From a virus (lineage: Duplodnaviria; Caudoviricetes), in IMG/VR virus record IMGVR_UViG_3300030450_002092, positions 1-58,918 of that record: a stretch of DNA of 58,918 nucleotides, one strand, 5' to 3'. Below, piece after piece: positions 1 through 9,964 of the stretch (position 1 is its first letter; every line of letters starts with the position of its first letter). The position numbers were made by a program, and so were the translations under genes. The notes beneath the pieces are model-generated. The model was not told where the DNA came from and searched no databases. It saw nothing but the letters and a program-made list of their open reading frames with translations.

Positions 1-1
1 A

Positions 2-226
2 ATGGATATACGTAAATTGTCAATAGGCCCTGATTACAAATCAGGCGCTATGCATTATTTAATTGGTCAATATGTATTAAACAATAACTATAGAATACAT
101 TTGATTAAGTGGGATGCAAAAACTTCAAATTATTTTATATATATAATACAATCAAACAATGTGTTTTTGTGGAAATCATTTTCTTCAACAATGCCAGTAT
201 CAGTTGAATATAATATAAATTTTTAA
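2..226 (+). CDS. hypothetical phage protein
   Basis: 74-aa ORF, stop overlaps the next start (TAATG); no recognisable motif. Confidence 0.6.
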   Translation: MDIRKLSIGPDYKSGAMHYLIGQYVLNNNYRIHLIKWDAKTSNYFIYIIQSNNVFLWKSFSSTMPVSVEYNINF

Positions 227-792
227 TGCAATCTTTAGTTGACTTTATTATAACTCCTATTCAAAATCGAAGATATAATAATACTAAAAGTATTGGAAAC
301 GTAGAAGTTATAACAAGCACTTCTCAAGAAGATTTTAGATTTTCTAATAGAGAAGGTATAGTAGTAAATACTCCTAGGGATTATAATGGAGATATAAAAA
401 TTGGCGATACGTTATTAGTGCATCATAATGTTTTTAAATATTACTATGACATGAAAGGTAGAGAGCGGAGTGGTCGAAGTTTTTTAAAAGACAATTTATT
501 TATGGTAGACCAAGACCAGTTTTTTTTATACAAACAGAATGGTAAATGGAAGCCTCATAGTAAATATTGTTTTGTAAAACCTATAGATACGGAAGAATCT
601 ATTATTTATAAAAACACTAAACACGAGCCTTTAATAGGTATAATGAAATATGCAAACAAAGAGCTAACAGATTTAGGAGTGAAAAATGGAGATAGAGTTT
701 GTTTTAAACCTGACACAGAATATGAGTTTATAGTAGATGACGAAAAATTGTATCGTATAATGTCTCAAAGTATTACAGGAGTGTGGAAATGA
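226..792 (+). CDS. GroES-like co-chaperonin, apparently two tandem GroES-fold units
   Basis: Two GroES-like segments: 'GIVVNTP...IKIGDTLLVHH' and 'GVKNGDRVCFKPDTEYEFIVDDEKLYRIMSQSI'. Confidence 0.65.
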   Translation: MQSLVDFIITPIQNRRYNNTKSIGNVEVITSTSQEDFRFSNREGIVVNTPRDYNGDIKIGDTLLVHHNVFKYYYDMKGRERSGRSFLKDNLFMVDQDQFFLYKQNGKWKPHSKYCFVKPIDTEESIIYKNTKHEPLIGIMKYANKELTDLGVKNGDRVCFKPDTEYEFIVDDEKLYRIMSQSITGVWK

Positions 793-926
793 AAAGGCCT
801 AAACGAAAAAAATTAAACAATTTTGAAAAAGAGTTCAAACCAAAAATTAAATACAATCGAAACAAAGATAGACACCAAAAGTATAAAATTAAGAATTATC
901 GCAGCGGGTCAGAAAGCAGTGAATGA
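789..926 (+). CDS. small basic ORF (45 aa, MKRPKRKKLNNFEKEFKPK...), not in ORF track
   Basis: ATG overlaps the TGA of 226..792 (ATGA); overlaps 823..1149 in another frame. Confidence 0.35.
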   Translation: MKRPKRKKLNNFEKEFKPKIKYNRNKDRHQKYKIKNYRSGSESSE

Positions 927-1149
927 ATTAATTAAAGTTGCTGGAGAAAAAATAATCAAACATGACCCTGAAGATGATTTGTCAGCAGACAGGCTTAAAA
1001 ATGCAGCGGCAACAAAAAAGCTAGCTGTGTTTGATGCGTTTGAAATATTAAATAGAATACAGCAAGAAAAAGAGGCTATGGATTTAGCTGATAAAGGAAT
1101 TTTAAGAACTGATACAAAACAAGGATTTGCAGAAAGAAACTCAAAATAA
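823..1149 (+). CDS. putative terminase small subunit (start uncertain)
   Basis: Helical ~100-aa protein immediately upstream of and overlapping terL; no ATG near the 5' end. Confidence 0.45.
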   Translation: MKKSSNQKLNTIETKIDTKSIKLRIIAAGQKAVNELIKVAGEKIIKHDPEDDLSADRLKNAAATKKLAVFDAFEILNRIQQEKEAMDLADKGILRTDTKQGFAERNSK

Positions 1150-3373
1150 ATTATATCAAGTTGTAACTGGGGTTATACCTAAAAATGTTTTAACTAAAAA
1201 GAATAAAGCTAAATCATGGGTGTATGGTTATAATGAAAAATATAATGTTATTATTATTTCTAAAACAGGTCAAATAGGGGAGATTATAAGTATTAGCGGA
1301 TTAGACATAGCCTTGCCATTAGCCCCTGCAATTAGTCGTACACGACCAAAAAACCCTAAAGAACAATATTGGAGTAGAACAGAATACCCTAAAGCTTTGC
1401 AAAAAATTCCTAGTATTTTTATTTGGAATGACATGCCATCTACGTTTAAAAATAATTGGATTGATTATATTGAGCAAGAATTTGAACGAAGAGAAGATGG
1501 CCATTGGTTTTGGAATAACGGAGTTCAAACTTATATTACTGGCTCACATTATATGTATTTACAATGGACAAAAATTGATGTGGGGTTTCCTGATTTTAGA
1601 GAAGCAAACAGATTGTTTTATATTTATTGGGAAGCGTGCAAAGCAGATAATAGGAGTTTTGGAATTTGCTATTTAAAAATAAGACGTTCTGGATTTTCGT
1701 TTATGGGTTCCGAAGAATGTGCTAATATAGCTACTATATCGAAAGACTCTAGAATAGGTATACTATCCAAAACTGGAGCTGATGCTAAGAAAATGTTTAC
1801 TGACAAAGTTGTTCCAATTACTAATAATTATCCCTTCTTTTTTAAACCTATTCAAGACGGAATGGATAAGCCTAAAACTGAATTAGCTTTTAGAGTACCA
1901 GCATCTAAAATTACCAAAAAAAACATGCATTTAGAAGATGATTTTGAAATGGATGGATTGGACACAACTATTGACTGGAAAAATACAGATGATAACTCAT
2001 ATGATGGAGAAAAACTTTTATTGTTAGTACATGATGAAAGTGGTAAATGGATTAAGCCTAATGATATATTAAATAACTGGAGGGTTACTAAAACTTGTTT
2101 AAGATTAGGTAGAAAAATTATTGGAAAATGTATGATGGGTTCTACATCTAATGCATTAAGTAAAGGGGGTAGTAGTTTTAAAAAACTATATGAAGATTCA
2201 GATATTACTAAACGAAACGCAAATGGCCAAACTAAAAGCGGCCTATATAGTTTGTTCATACCAATGGAATGGAATATGGAAGGTTTTATTGATAAATACG
2301 GAATGCCTGTTTTATCTAACATTAAAAAACCCGTGTTAGGAATTGATAATGAGCTTATTAAAGTAGGAGCTATTGATTATTGGCAAAACGAAGTTGATTC
2401 TTTAAAGCAAGACTCTAACGCTTTAAATGAATTCTACAGACAATTTCCGCGTACTGAGTCTCACGCATTTAGGGATGAGTCAAAACAATCCTTATTTAAT
2501 CTAACTAAAATATACCAGCAAATTGATTACAATGATTCTTTAATTATAGGGCAGCATGTTAGTGTAGGAAATTTTAGATGGAAAAATGGAGTTAAAGATA
2601 CAGAGGTGATTTTTAGTCCAGACGCGCGAGGTAGATTTTATTTAGGATGGATACCTGAATCGAATTTAAGAAACAGAATAATAAAAAAAAATGGAATTAA
2701 TTACCCTGGTAATGAACACATTGGGTCATTTGGATGTGATAGTTATGATATTTCAGGCACGGTAGGAGGTAAGGGTTCTAATGGAGCTTTACACGGAATG
2801 ACAAAATATAATATGGATAATGCTCCAAGCAACAGCTTTTTTTTAGAATATGTGGCTAGACCTCAAACCGCAGAAATATTTTTTGAAGATGTATTGATGG
2901 CATGTGTATTTTACGGAATGCCTATATTATGTGAGAACAACAAACCTAGGCTTTTATATCATTTTAAAAATAGAGGATATAGGGGTTATAGTTTAAATCG
3001 ACCTGATAAAACATACAACAAATTATCTAAAACAGAAAAAGAGTTGGGAGGCATCCCAAACTCGAGTGAAGATGTAAAGCAATCTCATGCGGCAGCTATA
3101 GAGTCATTTATAGAAAAATATGTAGGGATTGATTTACAAGGAAACTACAGAGATAGTGATGAAATGGGAGATATGCTTTTTACTAGAACATTAGAGGATT
3201 GGGCTAAATTTGATATTAATAATAGAACAAAATTTGACGCATCAATTAGTTCAGGACTAGCTATTATGGCTAATCAAAAACACCTTTATACACCAGTTAA
3301 AAAACAATCAAAAATAAGCATTAACTTTGCAAGATATGCTAACAGTGGAATATATAGTGAATTAGTACAATAA
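1127..3373 (+). CDS. terL: terminase large subunit
   Basis: Walker A-like LKIRRSGFS, Walker B LLVHDESGK, motif III GST, nuclease acidic motifs GCDSYD and KFDASIS; position before the portal. Confidence 0.9.
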   Translation: MQKETQNKLYQVVTGVIPKNVLTKKNKAKSWVYGYNEKYNVIIISKTGQIGEIISISGLDIALPLAPAISRTRPKNPKEQYWSRTEYPKALQKIPSIFIWNDMPSTFKNNWIDYIEQEFERREDGHWFWNNGVQTYITGSHYMYLQWTKIDVGFPDFREANRLFYIYWEACKADNRSFGICYLKIRRSGFSFMGSEECANIATISKDSRIGILSKTGADAKKMFTDKVVPITNNYPFFFKPIQDGMDKPKTELAFRVPASKITKKNMHLEDDFEMDGLDTTIDWKNTDDNSYDGEKLLLLVHDESGKWIKPNDILNNWRVTKTCLRLGRKIIGKCMMGSTSNALSKGGSSFKKLYEDSDITKRNANGQTKSGLYSLFIPMEWNMEGFIDKYGMPVLSNIKKPVLGIDNELIKVGAIDYWQNEVDSLKQDSNALNEFYRQFPRTESHAFRDESKQSLFNLTKIYQQIDYNDSLIIGQHVSVGNFRWKNGVKDTEVIFSPDARGRFYLGWIPESNLRNRIIKKNGINYPGNEHIGSFGCDSYDISGTVGGKGSNGALHGMTKYNMDNAPSNSFFLEYVARPQTAEIFFEDVLMACVFYGMPILCENNKPRLLYHFKNRGYRGYSLNRPDKTYNKLSKTEKELGGIPNSSEDVKQSHAAAIESFIEKYVGIDLQGNYRDSDEMGDMLFTRTLEDWAKFDINNRTKFDASISSGLAIMANQKHLYTPVKKQSKISINFARYANSGIYSELVQ
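1331..1350 (-). repeat. dispersed 20-bp asymmetric palindrome, copy 1 (TTTGGTCG TGTA CGACTAAT on -), inside terL
   Basis: Identical to the copy at 45472-45491, in opposite orientation. Confidence 0.85.
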
Positions 3374-5809
3374 ATGAAAGATATTAAAATAGATATATCT
3401 AATGTAGGGTTTCCAAGCCAGTATGTTTCAGACGCTGAAAAAGCAACTGAAGAGTATGGTCTAATGATAGGCCAGGCAATACAATATGAGTGGTTTAGAA
3501 AGGATTCTTCTGCGTGTAGATATTATAGTCGTTGGCAAGACTTTAACAGATTACGGTTGTATGCCCGTGGAGAACAACCTATAGCCAAATATAAAAACGA
3601 ATTAGCAGTAGACGGAGATTTGTCTTATTTAAATCTTGATTGGTCAATCGTTCCTATAATACCTAAGTTTGTAGACTTAGTTGTGAATGGAATGAATGAC
3701 AGATTATTTAAGGTCAATGCTTACGCACAAGACGCTATGTCACAATCAAAACGTAGTGCTTTTCAAGATATGATAGAAGCACAAATGGTTTCTAAAGAAC
3801 TGTTAAGCGTTATTCAAAAAGGCACAGGGGCTGACCCTTTTACAATGTCTCCTGATGACCTTCCCAACACCGATGAAGAACTTGCGTTATATATGCAGTT
3901 AAATTATAAGCCTGCTATAGAGATAGCAGAAGAAGAAGGGATTGACACTATATTTGCTGAAAATCATTATGATGACACTAGAAAAAGATTAGATTATGAT
4001 TTAACTGTTTTAGGAATGGCTTGTGCAAAACATGAGTTTTTACCTGGAAGCGGTGTCGAAGTAAAATATGTTGACCCAGCTAATTTAATTCATAGTTATA
4101 CGGAAGACCCACAATATAAAGATTGTTTTTATTGGGGAGAAATTAAAACTGTTGCTATAACAGAATTAATGAAGATAGACCAGTCTTTAACGCTAGACGA
4201 CTTAAAAGAAATTAGCCAATACAGTCAAATGTGGTATGATTATTTTAACATGCGTCAATATTACAATAATGATATTTTTTATAAAGACACTGTTACGTTA
4301 ATGTATTTTAACTACAAGACTACTAAAAAATATGTTTACAAAAAGAAAGTAAATGAAAATGGTGCTACTAAAATTATAGAGAAAGATGATTCTTTTAATC
4401 CACCAGAAGAAATGATGGAAGAAAACAATTTTAGAAAAATATCTAAAACTATTGATGTTTGGTATGATGGTATTATGGTAATGGGTACTAACATTATGCT
4501 TAAGTGGGAATTAATGGAAAACATGGTAAGACCAAAATCTGCTACTCAAGCAGCTTTACCTAATTATGTTGCAACTTCTCCACGAATGTATAAAGGTAGA
4601 ATCGAATCCTTAACAAAAAGAATGATTCCATTTGCAGATTTAATTCAGCTTACTCATTTAAAATTACAGCAAGTAATATCACGAACTGTCCCTGATGGTG
4701 TATATATAGATGCAGACGGATTAAATGAAGTAGACTTAGGTACTGGTAATGCATACAACCCTGAAGACGCGTTAAGATTATATTTTCAAACTGGTAGTGT
4801 TGTAGGTAGAAGTTACACACAAGAAGGGGAATACAATCAAGGTAAAATACCTATACAACAATTAACTTCTAACTCGGGGGCTAACAAAACACAAATGCTT
4901 ATTACCAATATGAATAACTACATCAACATGATTAGACAGGTAACGGGATTAAGTGAAGCCAAAGACGGTAGTAATCCTGACCCTAATGCATTAGTAGGTA
5001 TTCAAAAATTAGCTTCTTTAAATTCAAACACAGCTACGCGTCATATTTTAGATGGTTCTTTATATATATACAGAACATTAGCAGAAGGGTTATCTTATAG
5101 AATGGCGGATATTTTAGAATACGCAGAGTTTAAAGATGAATTTGCAAATCAAATAGGTAAATACAATGTAACTATTTTGCAAGAAATGAATGAGTTGTAT
5201 ATATATGATTTTGGTATTTTCATTGAAGTAACTCCTGATGCAGAAGAAAAAGCTCAACTGGAACAAAATATTCAAATGGCTTTACAAAAAGGGGATATAA
5301 ATTTAGAGGATGCAATCGATATTAGAGAAATTCATAATCTAAAGCTAGCAAATCAGCTTTTAAAAATGAAGCGTAAAAGCAAAGAAGAAAGAGATAGACA
5401 GTTCGAAATGCAGAAGCAACAGCAGCAAGGGCAGATACAAATGCAGTCTCAACAAATGGCAGCAGAAACAGCTATGCAAAAAATTCAAGCTGAAAGTCAA
5501 GCTAAAATGCAATTAGAACAAGCCAAGGTAGCTTTTGAGATTGAAAGGTTAAATGCGGAAGCTCAATTAAAAGGAACCTTAATGGATAAAGAATTTGGCT
5601 ATAATCAACAATTAAGAGATATTAGCGAAAGAGGATTGAGAGATAGAGAAATGCAAAGAGAAAAAGCTAAATCTGACCGAATTAGTCAGGCTAACAATGA
5701 ACAGTCTAGATTAATAAATCAAAGAAAAAACAATTTACCACCTCAACGGTTTGAGTCAAATGAAGACAGTTTAGATGGTTTTGATTTATCAGAGTTTGAG
5801 CCTAGATAA
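3374..5809 (+). CDS. portal protein
   Basis: 811 aa directly after terL; 'PIIPKFVDLVV' motif near the N-terminus; Q/E-rich C-terminal coiled coil typical of podoviral portals. Confidence 0.85.
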   Translation: MKDIKIDISNVGFPSQYVSDAEKATEEYGLMIGQAIQYEWFRKDSSACRYYSRWQDFNRLRLYARGEQPIAKYKNELAVDGDLSYLNLDWSIVPIIPKFVDLVVNGMNDRLFKVNAYAQDAMSQSKRSAFQDMIEAQMVSKELLSVIQKGTGADPFTMSPDDLPNTDEELALYMQLNYKPAIEIAEEEGIDTIFAENHYDDTRKRLDYDLTVLGMACAKHEFLPGSGVEVKYVDPANLIHSYTEDPQYKDCFYWGEIKTVAITELMKIDQSLTLDDLKEISQYSQMWYDYFNMRQYYNNDIFYKDTVTLMYFNYKTTKKYVYKKKVNENGATKIIEKDDSFNPPEEMMEENNFRKISKTIDVWYDGIMVMGTNIMLKWELMENMVRPKSATQAALPNYVATSPRMYKGRIESLTKRMIPFADLIQLTHLKLQQVISRTVPDGVYIDADGLNEVDLGTGNAYNPEDALRLYFQTGSVVGRSYTQEGEYNQGKIPIQQLTSNSGANKTQMLITNMNNYINMIRQVTGLSEAKDGSNPDPNALVGIQKLASLNSNTATRHILDGSLYIYRTLAEGLSYRMADILEYAEFKDEFANQIGKYNVTILQEMNELYIYDFGIFIEVTPDAEEKAQLEQNIQMALQKGDINLEDAIDIREIHNLKLANQLLKMKRKSKEERDRQFEMQKQQQQGQIQMQSQQMAAETAMQKIQAESQAKMQLEQAKVAFEIERLNAEAQLKGTLMDKEFGYNQQLRDISERGLRDREMQREKAKSDRISQANNEQSRLINQRKNNLPPQRFESNEDSLDGFDLSEFEPR

Positions 5810-5836
5810 GCTTAAATTTAACATTAAAATAATTAT

Positions 5837-5844
5837 TAACTTTG
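5837..5844 (+). promoter_or_regulatory. Bacteroidota-type -7 promoter element (TAACTTTG)
   Basis: Matches TAnnTTTG, 16 bp upstream of the scaffold ATG. Confidence 0.6.
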
Positions 5845-5860
5845 TAAAAAATTAAATTAA

Positions 5861-6961
5861 ATGGAATTAAAAGTTAGAGAAGTAGGGAAAGTAGAAGAAT
5901 CTGCTGCCCAAGTAGAAGAAAAACTACTAAAACAAAACGAAGAAAAACAAACTATTCAAGAAGAAAAAAGTGTTGAAGCAGCTATAGAGCCACAACAAGA
6001 AGCAGAAGCTGTGCCAACAGAACAAAAATCTTTAGAAGAAAAAGATGTTCTTGAATATATAAGAAATAGATACGATAGGCCTATAGAATCATTTGATGAT
6101 TTAATGGCTAAGCGAGAAGAAAAGGAAGAATTACCTGAAGATGTCGCAGCGTATTTTAAATATAAAAAGGAAACAGGGCGTGGAATTAATGATTATGTAA
6201 AACTTAATCGAGATTTTGACGAAATGAATCCTGATGTTTTGTTAACTGAATATTTTTTAGACAGTGAAGCAGCAATAGATGAAGAAGATGTAGAGGCCTT
6301 AATGGATGATTATACATTTGATGCAGATATTGATGATGAAAAAACTATTAAAAAAATAAAGTTAGCAAAGAAAAGAAAAGTTGTTGAAGCTAGAAAATAC
6401 TTTAATGAGCAAAAAGATAAGTATAAACAACCGCTTGAGTCAAGCAAGGAAGTTTTATCTAATGATGCTCAACAAGAATTAGACCAGTATAGACAATATG
6501 TTGATGATGCGAAAACGCAAGCAGAACAGCAAAAAAGAAAAGCTGATTGGTTTGCGCAAAAAACAGAAGAGGTGTTTTCGAATGAATTCAAAGGTTTTGA
6601 GTTTAAGGTAGGAGAAAATAGCGTAATGTACAATCCAGGAGAAGCAACGGAATTAAAGAAATCTCAAGGAAATATTATGAACTTTGTTCAAAAATATTTA
6701 GGCGAAGATGGATTAATGAAAGATGCACCAGGATATCATAAAGCGTTATCATTAGCGATGAACCCTGAAAAGTTTGCTCAGTTCTTTTATGAACAAGGTA
6801 AAACTGAAGCAATAGAAAGCGATGCGCGTAAAACTAAAAATATAAATATGAAGTTACGCTCTGCGCCAGAAGTTGTTAAACAGGGAGGGACGCAAATTAG
6901 AACTGTTAATAATGACTCTGGAAACAGATTAAAAATTAAGAGTTCACGAATTAGAAAATGA
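5861..6961 (+). CDS. capsid scaffolding protein (putative)
   Basis: Acidic coiled-coil protein between portal and major capsid genes. Confidence 0.65.
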   Translation: MELKVREVGKVEESAAQVEEKLLKQNEEKQTIQEEKSVEAAIEPQQEAEAVPTEQKSLEEKDVLEYIRNRYDRPIESFDDLMAKREEKEELPEDVAAYFKYKKETGRGINDYVKLNRDFDEMNPDVLLTEYFLDSEAAIDEEDVEALMDDYTFDADIDDEKTIKKIKLAKKRKVVEARKYFNEQKDKYKQPLESSKEVLSNDAQQELDQYRQYVDDAKTQAEQQKRKADWFAQKTEEVFSNEFKGFEFKVGENSVMYNPGEATELKKSQGNIMNFVQKYLGEDGLMKDAPGYHKALSLAMNPEKFAQFFYEQGKTEAIESDARKTKNINMKLRSAPEVVKQGGTQIRTVNNDSGNRLKIKSSRIRK

Positions 6962-6990
6962 TTTATTAAACTTAAAAAAAATTAGAAATT

Positions 6991-8439
6991 ATGCCAGGAA
7001 GTATTGAAACAGGTGGCTTGTTAAATTATCAGTTGCAGCCAAGTGCGCAGCAGATTACAACATCCACTAATTATATCAATAACTTCGATTTCTTAAGTAC
7101 TTATCTTCCAGATACGTATGAAAAAGAATTCGAACGTTATGGTAACAGAACAGTATCATCATTCTTAAGAATGGTAGGTGCTGAAATGCCTTCAAACTCA
7201 GATAAAGTAATCTGGGCGGAGCAAGGTAGATTACACGTAAAATATACAGGAGTAACATCAGGTGCAGCAGCGGCTCAAGACACTGCTACATGGACAGTTC
7301 CAGCAGCTCAAATAATTCCAGCTACACAGCCACAAACTGGTGCAGCAGGAGGAATTGCTATAAGAGTTGGACACACTGTTATGTTCTCTGACTCTACACC
7401 AGGGTCTACATTCACTAACAAAGCAGTTGTAACAGCTGTAGATTATCCTAACAGAACGTTTGACGTAGCTTATTATGAAGCTGGAGGTCAAACTATGGCA
7501 GCAGCAGTTGATTGTGATGTATTTATTTACGGTTCAGAATTTAAAAAAGGTCAAGTTGGTATGCCAGAAACTTTAATCTCTGACGATTCTATATTCTCTA
7601 ATTCACCTATTATCTTAAAAGATACTTACAAGGTGAATGGTTCGGATATGGCTCAAATCGGATGGATTGAAATTTCAGGTGAAGACGGGGCTAATGGATA
7701 TCTATGGTATCTAAAGTCTGAGCACGACACAAGATTACGTTTTGACGATTACCTAGAAACAGCTATGGTGGAAGCAGTTCCAGCAGAAGCAGCTTCAGGA
7801 GCTATTGCGAATGCAGCAGGTATAGCAGGTAACAAAGGTTCAGAAGGTATCTTCCACGTAGTGGGGACAAGAGGAAATGTATGGTCAGGTGGAAACCCAA
7901 CTGTCTTAGCTGACTTCGATGCAATTATCGAAAGATTAGATAAGCAAGGTTCTATTGAAGAGAATGTATTATTCTTAAATAGACAATTTGGTTTTGACAT
8001 TGATGATATGTTAGCTTCACAAAACTCATATGGAAACGGTGGTTCTTCTTATGGTCTTTTTGACAATGATGAAGAAATGGCGTTAAATTTAGGATTCAGA
8101 GGATTCCGTAGAGGATATGACTTCTACAAGTCTGACTGGAAATACCTAAATGACCCTACAATGAGAGGTGGACTAGTTGGAGGAGCTATCAATGGATTGA
8201 TGGTGCCAGCAGGTTCAACTACAGTATATGACCAAATTTTAGGTAGAAATGCTAAGAGACCATTTTTACATGTTAGATATAGAGCTTCAGAAACTGAAGA
8301 TAGAAGATATAAAACATGGATTACTGGTGGAGCAGGAGGAGCAGCTACGTCTGATGTAGACGTAATGTCTGTAAACTTCTTATCTGAAAGATGTGTATGT
8401 ACTATGGGTGCAAATAACTTCTTCTTATTTAAAGCTTAA
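6991..8439 (+). CDS. major capsid protein
   Basis: 482 aa; codon usage typical of a highly expressed gene; follows the scaffold; followed by a strong terminator. Confidence 0.85.
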   Translation: MPGSIETGGLLNYQLQPSAQQITTSTNYINNFDFLSTYLPDTYEKEFERYGNRTVSSFLRMVGAEMPSNSDKVIWAEQGRLHVKYTGVTSGAAAAQDTATWTVPAAQIIPATQPQTGAAGGIAIRVGHTVMFSDSTPGSTFTNKAVVTAVDYPNRTFDVAYYEAGGQTMAAAVDCDVFIYGSEFKKGQVGMPETLISDDSIFSNSPIILKDTYKVNGSDMAQIGWIEISGEDGANGYLWYLKSEHDTRLRFDDYLETAMVEAVPAEAASGAIANAAGIAGNKGSEGIFHVVGTRGNVWSGGNPTVLADFDAIIERLDKQGSIEENVLFLNRQFGFDIDDMLASQNSYGNGGSSYGLFDNDEEMALNLGFRGFRRGYDFYKSDWKYLNDPTMRGGLVGGAINGLMVPAGSTTVYDQILGRNAKRPFLHVRYRASETEDRRYKTWITGGAGGAATSDVDVMSVNFLSERCVCTMGANNFFLFKA

Positions 8440-8452
8440 GAAGATAATTAAT

Positions 8453-8483
8453 AAGGGGAGGGGTTCGCTCCTCCCTTTTTTTT
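8453..8483 (+). terminator. intrinsic terminator after major capsid gene
   Basis: GGGAGGGG-TTCG-CTCCTCCC hairpin followed by a T run. Confidence 0.85.
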
Positions 8484-8504
8484 AATCTAATAAAATCTAA
8501 TAAA

Positions 8505-9239
8505 ATGAAAAAGAAAACATTAAAAACAGAGACATATGTCTTGCAAAACGGTGAATCACCGTTATCTTACATGCTAGCTTCTCATCATAATAAAAGAAAT
8601 ACATTGTTGTATTGGGATGAGGAAAAACAAATTAATAGAGAATTATGTTACGCTAGAAATCAAAAATCAATTTTTGCTGACGAACAAGATGGGAATAAAA
8701 TACTAGAACCTATTGTATTTGAAGATGGAATGTTAATTGTTCCTAAAGACAACCCTATGCTTCAACAGTTTTTAGAATTCCATCCTAGTTATAATAAACT
8801 TTTCCGTAAAGTAAATACCGAAAAAGATGCTGCTCAAGAAGTTGAAGTGTTAAACGCACAAGTAGAGGCTTTAGTAGAAGCTCGTGCAATGGAGATTGGA
8901 CAGCTAGAAACAGTATCTCGTGTTTTATTTAACGTAGATGTTAGTAAAATTAGTACAGCAGAATTAAAAAGAGACGTATTAGTTTATGCTAAAAATGAAC
9001 CTGAAAACTTTTTAAACATTATAAACGACCCTATGCTTAAGTTAATGGCTGAAGTGCAATCATTTTTTGATGATGGAAAGTTAATGATGAAAAAACAAAA
9101 TGTTCACTTTAACACTAAGACTAATAAAAAACGAATGATGACTGTACCGTTTGGGGAAGATAGAAATGAAATGATTGCTCATTACTTAAAATCTGACGAA
9201 GGTATAGAAACATTAAAGTTTTTACAAAAAATAAAATAA
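8505..9239 (+). CDS. hypothetical protein (virion/morphogenesis module)
   Basis: 244-aa ORF after the capsid gene; no motif recognised. Confidence 0.65.
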   Translation: MKKKTLKTETYVLQNGESPLSYMLASHHNKRNTLLYWDEEKQINRELCYARNQKSIFADEQDGNKILEPIVFEDGMLIVPKDNPMLQQFLEFHPSYNKLFRKVNTEKDAAQEVEVLNAQVEALVEARAMEIGQLETVSRVLFNVDVSKISTAELKRDVLVYAKNEPENFLNIINDPMLKLMAEVQSFFDDGKLMMKKQNVHFNTKTNKKRMMTVPFGEDRNEMIAHYLKSDEGIETLKFLQKIK

Positions 9240-9263
9240 TCGGTGTGTAGGCACATATTTTAG

Positions 9264-9298
9264 AAAGAGAGACTGCTTAAAACAGTCTCTTTTTTTTT
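9264..9298 (+). terminator. intrinsic terminator
   Basis: AGAGACTG-CTTAAAA-CAGTCTCT followed by a T run. Confidence 0.85.
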
Positions 9299-9301
9299 AG
9301 T

Positions 9302-9309
9302 TATCTTTG
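9302..9309 (+). promoter_or_regulatory. Bacteroidota-type -7 element (TATCTTTG)
   Basis: Directly after the terminator, 30 bp before ATG 9340. Confidence 0.65.
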
Positions 9310-9314
9310 TACTT

Positions 9315-9674
9315 TATTAACCTAATTATATTATTTATTATGGAAAAATACATAACAATTAAAACAGCGTTCGGAAATTTTATGATTTCTTGCAACGATA
9401 TTAAAGGCATAGAGCAATTAAGTACTACTAAAGTAAAAATGATTTACGGAAACGGTAAAAACATTGAGCTAGACCACACGGCAGTTGGAGCAGCAGTTGT
9501 TACACCAAGAACTCTTGTAAGTGATGCGGTAGAAGCAGCGTTAGCAACCGACTGGAGAAGTGTAACCCGCGTTGTAGACTGTTCTTTTGTTGCAGCAACA
9601 GGCGCACAAGCAGAATGGACGGCTGTAGGACAAAACTAATATTAACCTAATTTTATTATTTATTATGGAAAAAT
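9315..9674 (+). repeat. 35-bp direct repeat (9315-9349 and 9640-9674) covering the leader and start of two paralogues
   Basis: TATTAACCTAATT[A/T]TATTATTTATTATGGAAAAAT, 34/35 identical. Confidence 0.9.
9340..9639 (+). CDS. small putative virion/decoration protein, paralogue 1
   Basis: Start moved to ATG 9340 (MEKYITIK); similar to the next two ORFs. Confidence 0.65.
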   Translation: MEKYITIKTAFGNFMISCNDIKGIEQLSTTKVKMIYGNGKNIELDHTAVGAAVVTPRTLVSDAVEAALATDWRSVTRVVDCSFVAATGAQAEWTAVGQN

Positions 9675-9952
9675 TTTTAAAAATAAATGTCGCAAGTGCT
9701 GGAGGCCCAACGCAGCTGGTAGCTTTACACGACTTAAAACTAGTGGAACAAACTAGTACTACTGTTGTTAAACTTTCTTACAACGGTGGAAGAGTAACTA
9801 CTATTACTTGGCCTAATGGTGAAGCATTTCCTGCATTACAGACTTCGGTACAAAATGCAGTAAAAGCAGCTTTAGCAACAGGTTGGACTGAAGTAGCTTA
9901 CCCTTATCTCGCGAAGAAAGATGGATATGTTGACACAATAGTAACAGCTTAA
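9665..9952 (+). CDS. small putative virion/decoration protein, paralogue 2
   Basis: MEKFLKIN...EQTSTTVVKLSY...AVKAALATGW aligns with paralogue 1. Confidence 0.65.
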   Translation: MEKFLKINVASAGGPTQLVALHDLKLVEQTSTTVVKLSYNGGRVTTITWPNGEAFPALQTSVQNAVKAALATGWTEVAYPYLAKKDGYVDTIVTA

Positions 9953-9964
9953 ATGTATATAAAA

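Noticed and set aside
8484-8503. AATCTAATAA x2 before ATG 8505
   Set aside because: Short, low-complexity A-rich leader typical of Bacteroidota translation starts; no further support
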